A program made the translations under genes and the position numbers. A DNA stretch of 64,000 nucleotides from Eledone cirrhosa (Eukaryota), in assembly GCA_964016885.1 (NCBI GenBank), contig OZ024740.1, positions 356,500,001 through 356,564,000 on the forward strand, given 5' to 3'. This document shows positions 52,109 to 64,000 of this stretch, one piece after another. Below the pieces are notes generated by a model. That model ran no database searches and was not told where the DNA came from. It saw only the letters and a list, made by a program, of their open reading frames with translations. Numbering within the stretch: position 1 is the stretch's first letter; each line of letters opens with the position of its first letter.

Positions 52109-52175
52109 TATTTTATTATACATATTTCAGAGGTACTGAGTTAACTTCAACAGTACGTCTTCATCAGATAAAATA
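52109..52175 (-). ncRNA. Type I hammerhead ribozyme with an intact core
   Basis: tattttat-CTGATGA-agacgtactg/cagtacctct (9 of 10 paired)-GAAA-tatgtata-ataaaata, with an AUA triplet. Confidence 0.8.
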
Positions 52176-52348
52176 AGATGATGCATGACATAGTATGACA
52201 TAGTAGATGGTTAAGATTCAGTCATAGTAGTCAATATTTATATTTTGAATTAATATTAATAACTCCTTAAAACCAATCTATTGAGTGTTTCCAATCTATT
52301 GTAAAACTCATTCTTTGATTTATTCATTGAACCTTGTTTAACCTTTAA

Positions 52349-52399
<51 letters not shown>

Positions 52400-52430
52400 A
52401 AAGAATAGAGGTGTAACACACAAGTTATTA

Positions 52431-52908
52431 TATATTGGTAAACGGAATAGAAAATGCTGACAAATTGTTCACAGTTGAAAAATGTTTTAATTAGGAATAA
52501 AAGAGTATTAGTGATTGTATGGGTTAGTATTCAGTTGTGGTTTTAAGTTTTTAAGTTTTTACCGGTTGCGCATTTCTAAATGCTTTTCAAAAATAATTTT
52601 GAGATAGAGTGTCCGTGCTGTTTGCTCTGATCTGATTAGTTTTGGGAATTCTACCTGTTTTTATGTTAAAAAATGGCTCCAGCGTTACTTTGGTGTTGCA
52701 AAATTTCTTGTGGTCAAAACAATTTTGATTGGTCGGTAGAGGTCATGTGAGTGTAAAAAATTGATTTTGCGCCAAGACTGTTTTTATGCTAAAAAAGTGG
52801 CTCCAGCAACAATTCTTGTGGTCAAAACAATTTTGATTGGTTGGTAGAGGTCTTGTGAATAAAAAATTGGTTTTGCGCCAAGATTGAGAAATGACTCTTT
52901 CACAACAA

Positions 52909-52989
<81 letters not shown>

Positions 52990-53063
52990 TGTAGTAGTAG
53001 TAGTAAGGTGTTCGATGTTGTGATAATGGTTAGCAGCGATGTGTGTCAAATGGCTATTGAGAT

Positions 53064-53125
<62 letters not shown>

Positions 53126-53285
53126 CAGAGTAATTCGTGGTGGCAGGGATGGTCAGTAAGAATGTGTCTGAAAGCAATGGGGGGTACTTTAGCATGTCAA
53201 AAGATATTTTTCAGCTTTTGTCTTATACGGAGAAGTGCGTGTGTGTGTATATAAGTCTCTTTGTATGTTGATGTACGCGTGTGTA

Positions 53286-53322
<37 letters not shown>

Positions 53323-53869
53323 ATGTGTGTGTGTGTGTGTGTGTGTATGTGTGTGGGTGGACCAGTATTTATTCCCCCTGGTAAAATGGTGTACATTATT
53401 CGATTTTTTCAGTAAAATCGGTTCTCTTAATAGAACATCAAAAATCTTAACAATAAAAGGTGTGAAATGATATTCACTATATATATATACACACATACAT
53501 ATATTCACTATATACATATATATATATACATATATACATATACATACACATATATATGCACATATATTTTTTTGTGTTGCACCATAGAGCATGTGTGTTT
53601 ACGTATATCATTGTGTTTATATGTGGGTAGAGATGTGTGCTGATGTAGGTATGTATGTTGACGTGTGTATGTTGTGGGTTCGTCTTAGGGAGAAGTGTTT
53701 AGACGGGGTCCGTATTTGTTAATGAAGTAAGATTCCTTGCTGATGCGCTGGGTGTGGGTGGCATTATCTTTAAATTTGTAGAGGAGAAAGATTCTGAATT
53801 TGGGATGATTTTGGGCGGCACAGGTATCAATGTGTTCACTCAGTGGTATTTTCCTGTATTCCCGTATTT

Positions 53870-53927
<58 letters not shown>

Positions 53928-54405
53928 TTGTTGTGAAAGAGTCATTTCTCAATCTTGGCGCAAAACCAATTTTTTATTCACATGACCACTACCGACCAAT
54001 CAAAATTGTTTTGACCACAAGAATTGTTGCTGGAGCCACTTTTTTAGCATAAAAACAGTCTTGGCGCAAAATCAATTTTTTACACTCACATGACCTCTAC
54101 CGACCAATCAAAATTGTTTTGACCACAAGAAATTTTGCAACACCAAAGTAACGCTGGAGCCATTTTTTAACATAAAAACAGGTAGAATTCCCAAAACTAA
54201 TCAGATCAGAGCAAACAGCACGGACACTCTATCTCAAAATTATTTTTGAAAAGCATTTAGAAATGCGCAACCGGTAAAAACTTAAAAACTTAAAACCACA
54301 ACTGAATACTAACCCATACAATCACTAATACTCTTTTATTCCTAATTAAACCATTTTTCAACTGTGAACAATTTGTCAGCATTTTCTATTCCGTTTACCA
54401 ATATA
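52431..54405. repeat. Near-perfect inverted repeat with ~480-bp arms extended by (TG)n/(CA)n
   Basis: 52431-52912 versus 53924-54405, with only a few mismatches seen. Confidence 0.93.
53685..53870 (-). pseudogene. C-terminal GIY-YIG endonuclease fragment of a Penelope-like element
   Basis: IPLSEHIDTC...RISKESYFINKYGPRLN fits the terminal E..FI....P.LN motif. Confidence 0.7.
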
Positions 54406-54413
54406 TGTATATA

Positions 54414-54507
<94 letters not shown>

Positions 54508-54929
54508 TGCCAAAACTGAGTGTTATTGGCTGATTATAGAGGTTGTGTATTTCTTAAAAATTCTAATGAATAACCAAGAAAATGTTATTAATGTTGATAT
54601 GAGAGAAAATAAGTTAATTATTTTCCAATAATCTTGGGCTTACATCACATTTCATTCACTATTATTCAACCCTGAGGGACGGAGTACCTGGTTTTATACA
54701 ACAGTAAACTTCTTCTGCATATCAATTAAATAAAGCTGTTCCAAACACCCTTACCCAATGCATGTTGTCACGAGTGAGGAGCAATCCATAAACGAAAAAC
54801 ATGTTTCAACGTACATGACTGTACTCAAATTATCACTTTTTAGCCTTTTTAGACTTTTTCAAAATACATCTAAAATGGTATATATATATATATATAAGTA
54901 TGTATATATATATATATAGTATAGTATAG

Positions 54930-54973
<44 letters not shown>

Positions 54974-55060
54974 TGTAGGAGGTGAGTTTTATTGTAGCAC
55001 AATAAAAGAATGCAAATATCTGATAAGTAGCACTCTACAGTTTGTATGGCTGGAGTATAA

Positions 55061-55357
55061 ATAATATAAGATCAAAAGATGGTTAAACAAGTTCCAAGTA
55101 TTTTATTATGCGCATTTCAAAAACAAATATCATCATGGGATGATATCTGCGTTCTCATCAGATACAATAGGGAGACATGATATGAAGCTTAAAAAACACT
55201 TGTGAATAGTGAAGTTTTAAATCAACATAATGTTGATTTAAAGCTTCATATCATGTCTCTCTATTTTATGTGATGAGAACGCAGATGATATTTGTTTTTG
55301 AAATGCGCATAATAAAATACTTGGAACTCTTTTAACCATCTTTTGACCTTATATTAT
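55061..55357. repeat. Inverted repeat with ~120-130-bp arms
   Basis: 55061-55191 versus 55241-55357, with an inner hairpin at 55216-55242. Confidence 0.88.
55099..55169 (-). ncRNA. Type I hammerhead ribozyme (damaged mirror copy on the plus strand at 55262-55319)
   Basis: tattgtat-CTGATGA-[~16-bp helix II]-GAAA-tgcgcata-ataaaata. Helix III is the palindrome ATGCGCAT. Confidence 0.78.
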
Positions 55358-55361
55358 ATAT

Positions 55362-55546
55362 AGGGCGGTGGATTGGCAGTATCAGTAGAGGGTCGGACGC
55401 CATGCTTTCCAGCATAGTTACGTCCCTTTACGATCTGAGTTCAAATCCCGCTGAGGTTAACTTTGCCTTTCATCATTACGGGGTCGATAAAATAAAGTAC
55501 CAGTAATGCACTGGGTAATTGCTGGCCTTGTGCCTAAAGTAGAAAC

Positions 55547-55551
<5 letters not shown>
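55362..55551 (+). mobile_element. SINE
   Basis: Same family consensus as 3346-3551. Confidence 0.85.
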
Positions 55552-55620
<69 letters not shown>

Positions 55621-55708
55621 CAAATTTATACGGGAACAAAACAGAGAAGCAGACAAATAAAGGTTTATTAGGTTCACGCTTTTGAGATATATATATGTGT
55701 ATATGTAT

Positions 55709-55804
<96 letters not shown>

Positions 55805-55887
55805 CCGTAGAGCAAATATTTATTATTAGTACAACTTAACGTTTAAGCAAATAATTTCTGCTTTCATTCTATTACGGGATCTTCTGA

Positions 55888-55891
<4 letters not shown>

Positions 55892-55941
<50 letters not shown>

Positions 55942-55977
55942 ATATATATATATTATGGTATATTTTACATATATATA

Positions 55978-56012
<35 letters not shown>

Positions 56013-56029
56013 GTGCGTGTGTGTATATA

Positions 56030-56094
<65 letters not shown>

Positions 56095-56133
56095 GTATAT
56101 ATATATATATACATATATACATATATATATATG

Positions 56134-56169
<36 letters not shown>

Positions 56170-56175
56170 TACATA

Positions 56176-56217
<42 letters not shown>

Positions 56218-56233
56218 TATATTATATATATAT

Positions 56234-56330
<97 letters not shown>

Positions 56331-56332
56331 TA

Positions 56333-56363
<31 letters not shown>
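55892..56363. repeat. Long interrupted (TA)n microsatellite (another at about 61547-61817; many shorter TA, CA, GA and CTA tracts throughout)
   Basis: Directly visible in the sequence. Confidence 0.97.
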
Positions 56364-57291
56364 GAACGTAATTTTACGAATATCCTGTCATGTGGAACTG
56401 CAACTCTTTGAGAACTTGATTTAATGAAAAATTCATTCGTAACGAAACTTGTAGTTGAAGTTATTTCCTCCAAGTAGAAGCAATAAAGCCGTATAGATAA
56501 AGTATTGCATTCAATGCTCATGCAAGCATTTCATTAGATTTCTATGAAGATCTCTATCGTTTCAGTTTCGATACCTCTAGGGAATAAGTAGTAGATTTTC
56601 TGTGAAAATATTTGAAAGGAGTTGATTAATTATTGATGTCCAAACTGTTGTCACCCAAGTATGTTGAGGATCGATGTCCAGTTCTATTAAAATAGGAGAT
56701 AATGGGATATCCCTCGACAGTACAGTACTAAAAATCAAGTAAATTTCCACGAACTCTATTGATCTGTGAATTAGATGTTCTTCCCAGAAACTCAATGATA
56801 TATTTGCAATGAATGTGAGTCAATGCCCTACAAGAAATATCAGAAAATTCTCCCTGGTAACTTTACTGTCTTAAATTCGAAGGACAAATTAAATAATCAC
56901 TTTCTACTTACATTTACTATGAATTCAGGATAGTTACGACTGGAATGTTTTTAATCATAGGTTCACTCATTTACTGCTGATCTCTAACAACGACTCTAAT
57001 GATTGTGAGTTCACAATCCATTTTCCGTTCACCATCTTATCCATTCATCGTTTTGTATTTCCTGAAATTCAATTTATATCACATATAATCTTGTATCAGT
57101 ACATACAAATCACATTTCGCTTGCAAATATGTCTATTCCTGCGCAATTCATAGTGATTATTAATCAATAACATGGTTTAGTGCTCTTATCATTACAAGTT
57201 ATATATCAAAACACTGCGATAATATTGTTATCTCACTCTCTCTCTCTCTCTTTCTCTTTCTCTTTCTCTCTCTCCATATCTCTCTCCCTCT

Positions 57292-57322
<31 letters not shown>

Positions 57323-57543
57323 ACCCTCTTCTTAGATATACTCTGCATGTGTAATATAAAACAATTGGTAGGCTTCCTGTAGTTCCTGATTCATTTCATT
57401 AATATTTCCCGCTTCAGTGTATGTTTTCTAATCCACTTATCACCGTTCGTAGTTATTCTATATGATGGTTTATAAAAATCAACTAGGGTAATATCTGATT
57501 CTGATATATGCTATTCTACATTTACGTGACAACAACAACAACA

Positions 57544-57613
<70 letters not shown>

Positions 57614-57825
57614 GGAAAGGTATGAGCAACAGAAATGATAGAAGGCTGGAATAATTGAATTAGATTTTTAATATCATACTTGTATGTTCTAACTTGGTTG
57701 TAAAAGGTATTGGCGTTTTTAAAATCCTTCTAGAGCTGAGACAATAAGTCTCAGTTTCCACCTGGAGTTGGTTCAATTGATCAAACACTTCTCGCTCCCT
57801 ACATGTGTACTATGATTGTTATCTA

Positions 57826-58015
57826 GTTGGCAGTAACAGCTGAGTTTGATTTCGCCATTTAGTTCTGAGTTAAATCCTGAGTTGAGTCAATTCTGCGTTT
57901 CAGTTTCTAAGGGGCGATAAATAAGGTATCAGTCAAATACTAGGGTCGATTTAGTCGAATTTCGCCGTCTCATAAACTGCTGACCTTGTGCCTAAATTAG
58001 AAATAATGATTATTA
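57826..58015 (+). mobile_element. Older, diverged SINE relative (further decayed copies near 58770-58945 on + and 62800-62890 on -)
   Basis: ctgagttaaatcc..gataaataaggtatcagtc..ctgctgaccttgtgcctaaattagaaa. Confidence 0.65.
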
Positions 58016-59230
58016 AGTCTTCTGTTGTTTCATGTGAGTTTCTACTGCATCACCTAGCACAACTCCATGTTACTGAGGTATGTGCAGTATTTCGTTCTGA
58101 TTTTTGATGGAGTTCAGGGAATGCACACTCTTATTAGTTTATTGCATGCAGTTGTTTGTGATATTTTTAGTATTTATTTTGTTGTGTAAAGGTGTGTGTA
58201 ATGTCAATTGTGTTGCCGTATTATATCCTGGTTGTATGGGGTGTGTTTTGTGTGTGAAGAATGTTCTATTTAAGTTTTGCTATTAAATCGATTATGTCAT
58301 GCGCAAGATTTGTCCATGTTTTAGCAGAGCTATGTTTTACAGTTTAAATAAGAGATATAGCCATGTCGCATATCTAATTCAACTGGAAACCATTCAGAGA
58401 CTATATTGTCACGTAGCGTTTAAATTACAGAATAAATTTCCGAGGGTAATGACCTCAGAAATTCCATATAACATCAAGATTTTGCTATGTACACTATCAA
58501 ATGCCATTCTTAATTTTAAGGAAATTGACGCATAATGAGGCATCTCTCTTGTTCCTTAGTGTAAAGAACATCTACTTTTCCTTAATCCCACTGATTCTAC
58601 CCTCATCTCATCTATTGTAAGTTGGAGAAGAGAACTTTGCTAGGGATAGAAAGACGTGCGATAACTATCGGGGTATCCCCTTCCTGTCAATTTCTTGTCG
58701 TAATATGATATTTTATATTATTGTATATGCTCTCGTCTGCACATTAAAGACCTTGTACCTATCGAAGAAATCGTTGGCATTTTTTGTGTCTCTTTATGTT
58801 CTGAGTATAAATTCTACCGAATTCTGCCTTTCCTCTTTCCAAAATCAATAAATAAAGTACCAGTCAAGTACTAGGTGGGTATAATCAATTTTCCTCTTCC
58901 CCTCAAAAAGATTGTTGGCCTTATGCTTAAAGTAAACACCATTATAAGCCATATGATTCTAATACTTGTTTTGCAATATGAAGATTTGAGGAATATGACG
59001 TAATATAAAGTATATAGTCAAACACAATGAAGTGAATGTAATGCGTTGCTAGTTATCTTGGCATATTGTACAACTAGTATTTCCGTTGATTTTATTTCTT
59101 TTGATATCTTGGCATATCCGTCCGTTGAATGAATTGTTTCGAGGTGTACACATATCTGCATATTAAGAAAGAAAGATCGATCGTTATTTGTTCTCGAAAT
59201 GTCTCTGCGTTTTATTTCGAAATACTGTTT

Positions 59231-59807
59231 TTCAGTTTCATCATACAATGTATGTACTTTATTGTTTCATCTTTCATTTCTCAAGGTTAGAATATGTTAA
59301 TGCCACACAATGTTATATCTAGAAAAGGTGAAGCATGCCTACAAATATAGTAAAATTGAAGAATATTATGCTTTCAAAAATTAATATTAATCAAAACATT
59401 CTGTACGTTATATAAATATGAACTTTTGAAGAAAGTGTGTTGATGTGTGAAGAAAGAATTTGGTAAAAAGAATCGACAAGTTTAAGATACATAATTTTGA
59501 CAAGCGTAACTCACTTGTGAATGTTTTCTCACTACTAACCTCATATTTAGAATTTATTATATATATATATATATATATATATTATTAGAAAGCGAGGTGT
59601 TTTACAAAATGAAAAAAAAAACGGTGTCCTACGCGAGTGAAAGTATAAGGAAAAAAGATGAAAACGAAAATGCAACTTGAGTTTTTTTTAATAAAAATAT
59701 ATATTTTTTCAGTTTCATAATAGAATGTATGTAGTTTATTGTGTTTCATCTTTCATTTCTCAAGGTTACCATATGTTAGTGTCACACAATGTCATATCTA
59801 GAAAAGG
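59231..59807 (+). repeat. Direct repeat of ~100 bp
   Basis: 59231-59328 versus 59708-59807. Confidence 0.75.
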
Positions 59808-59838
59808 GAAGTAAGGTTTTATACAAAACAGTGGATAT

Positions 59839-61612
<1,774 letters not shown>

Positions 61613-61805
61613 ATATATTATATATTATATATATATATTATATATTATATATATATATTATATATTATATATATATATTATATATATATATATATTATAT
61701 ATATATATTATATATTATATATATATATATATATTATATATTATATATATATATTATATATTATATATATATATATTATATATTATATATATATATATTA
61801 TAGAA

Positions 61806-61869
<64 letters not shown>

Positions 61870-63532
61870 AAGTAGTTCTACAACAGTTAGTTCACTATTA
61901 CCGAGAACAATTGTTTCACCCTATTCGGATCACCAGTTCGTAAACTAACTGTTGGGAGACTAAAGTCGTCCCATGGACTGAATGCTCTTCTACTACGGAT
62001 ATAACCCACCAGTGTTCTACTATTATATATATATAAGGACAGCTGACTTTCCTGGTGATATCTTTTGAATGAAACAGTTCTAGTCCTGTAGAAGCCGTTT
62101 CTATATTAAACTTAATATTTACATTCTACTAATGTATTGAGTACCTTACTACCTCTGGTTACCTGCGATTGAACCCCCGATGTATATATATATATATATA
62201 TATATATAACAAAACACTTCCAGACGAAGGGAGGGAAATACCGTTACAACCTCTAATAGAATGCCTTGCGGTATTTGTTCCTCCTCGTACTATAAGCTTA
62301 AAATCCAACTGAGATTAACTTAGCCTTTTAAACTTTCAGAGTCAATTTGTGCAGTAAAGTAGGGAGTTCGATTCAGTTTTGCCTATAGCCAAAACGTTTT
62401 AAAAGAAACACTTGAAAGAAGATAAGATGAAATCACCTTTGTGTTCTACCTCAAACATTCCAAGGCTAGCACATTGTGCTTTGATGCTTTGATATGGTTG
62501 TTCTTCGATTTGAAAGCATGATGAAGAATGTACGTTTCGATTAGCTTCATCGCCAATTGCCTTGAATGGTAGATCTTTTCCTTTCTCTTCGTTACTGCTG
62601 GTGAAATGATTGTTGCGGCTCCGATGGGATCCTTTCACATGACCGATTCGGAAAAAGAAAAATAGATAGATAGATAGACAGATAGATAGAGTGAAATGGT
62701 GTGAGAAAGAAAATGATGAGAGAGAGAGCGAGAGAGAGAGAGAGAGTGGAGAGAAACAAAATTGACTCGCGTGCTTCTCATTTCTCCACACTGAAAAGCT
62801 GAAAGTCAATGTTGGTGCCGGTGGGATTTAAACTCAGATTGCAGAGAGTCGGGATAAATACCGATAAGCCTTTGATCTGACGCCCTAATAACCCAATAAT
62901 TTGCTACCGTAAATCTGCCAGTAGCTTTACTAAGCTTTAAACTAAAGATTTCTAGTTTGAATGATGTCTGCAACCAGGGATAATATATTCAGGAATGGAT
63001 ACCTGATGACGCTGAATGATCAGAATAATCGACCATTATTCTGTAAATATACACCACGTTAAATATAAGGATTATTGCTTGAAACATGTATAATCTTATT
63101 AACAATACATTTCAAATACTTAGATACGGGATCTTTCGTTTCACGTTTGCTTTATTCCTGGTAACGACATCTGTTAATTCCTTTTCAAGCTTTTATTCAA
63201 TTTAGTAAAGGAATCTCAAGATAAAAATAGATTCGTATCTGATAAGACTTTATAGGTGTTCATGTTGAGAAATAGTGTACAGGTAAGATATTATTTTTAA
63301 CTGCTGATACTACACACATTAACACTCAATCTATAATGTGTCTTACCGGTTTGATTGTAAGATTTCTTTTATAATTACATTGACATGATACCATTAACAA
63401 AAAAGTTGATTTAATTAAAGCCTAGCCTACATACTTGTCAGAATTCGTATACGAATCGAATGTAGTTCTAATAACATTCTGCGACATCATCTTCACGCTA
63501 TGCATTAGGTTACTGTGTTAAGTAACCTAATT

Positions 63533-63952
63533 AACTAACAGGTTGAGAAAAAATACACCTGGACAAATCAAACGTTATACGTTTAAAGTGTTAATTATTT
63601 GTGTTTGTTTAATAGCATCTGGTCGAGAGCTTATTCTGATAGTTAGCGGAAATTATAATATTTCCTTTGTCTAAGATTTGAATGACCCGCCAAAAACCGG
63701 AGTTATTTCCCTTGCTAGAAATAACACGTGACAACTAAATATACCATTCGCTGCAGCTAGCGGCAACATTTAGCATCTCGCCCCATTATTTGGTAGAACG
63801 AAAACCTGTTGATGAATTGAATCCTCTGTTCGATCATGAATACCACGAGCTTGCCAGTTACGTAAGTCTGATATTTGATTTCCGATTCATGGAAACACTT
63901 TAAACGTATAACGTTTGATTTGTCCAGGTTTTTTTTTCTCAACCTGTTAGTT
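63533..63952. mobile_element. MITE-like element with ~60-bp terminal inverted repeats
   Basis: 63533-63592 is the reverse complement of 63894-63952 (acaggttgagaaaaaa..cctggacaaatcaaacgttatacgtttaaagtgtt), with TA outside ACAGG/CCTGT. Confidence 0.7.
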
Positions 63953-64000
63953 CTTTCGTTACTTTGGTATTGTGTGTTAGATTTTGCCTACCACAATGTT

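Noticed and set aside
56363-57100. Possible hAT-like transposase remnant on the minus strand
   Set aside because: Only a vague resemblance (LIELDIDP..W) with many stops; it cannot be supported without BLASTX.
62215-62295. cagacga plus a long stem as a hammerhead
   Set aside because: Both core halves are mutated, so it is too degenerate to call.
62399-62660. Possible host exon in the 136-aa minus-strand ORF
   Set aside because: No recognisable domain or clear splice sites, and the ORF begins in SINE and microsatellite sequence.
63003-63095. CTGATGA ... GAAACATGTA hammerhead-like spacing
   Set aside because: Helix II does not close and helix I does not pair; at best a decayed relic.

Overview
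This is AT-rich eukaryotic repetitive DNA with no host gene that I can support. The SINE family and the very dense (TA)n/(CA)n/(GA)n microsatellites suggest an octopod cephalopod (inference from recall, not a search). The region 3.7-29.4 kb is a compact cluster of non-LTR retrotransposons built on (TAA)n tracts. On the minus strand it holds two full-length ~6 kb Tx1/L1-clade LINEs (gag-knuckle ORF1; APE-RT-CCHC ORF2) and two 3' fragments of related subfamilies. On the plus strand it holds two distinct R4/Dong-like RLE elements (RT-CCHC-PD..D), each followed by 5'-truncated tandem copies. Both full Tx1 copies carry the same in-frame TGA inside the endonuclease domain. The rest of the window contains Penelope-like element (PLE) remnants, many tRNA-type SINEs, MITE-like palindromes and long inverted repeats. 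Several of these repeats contain type I hammerhead ribozyme folds (CUGANGA...GAAA...NUH), some of which look intact. All structures and identities were read by eye.
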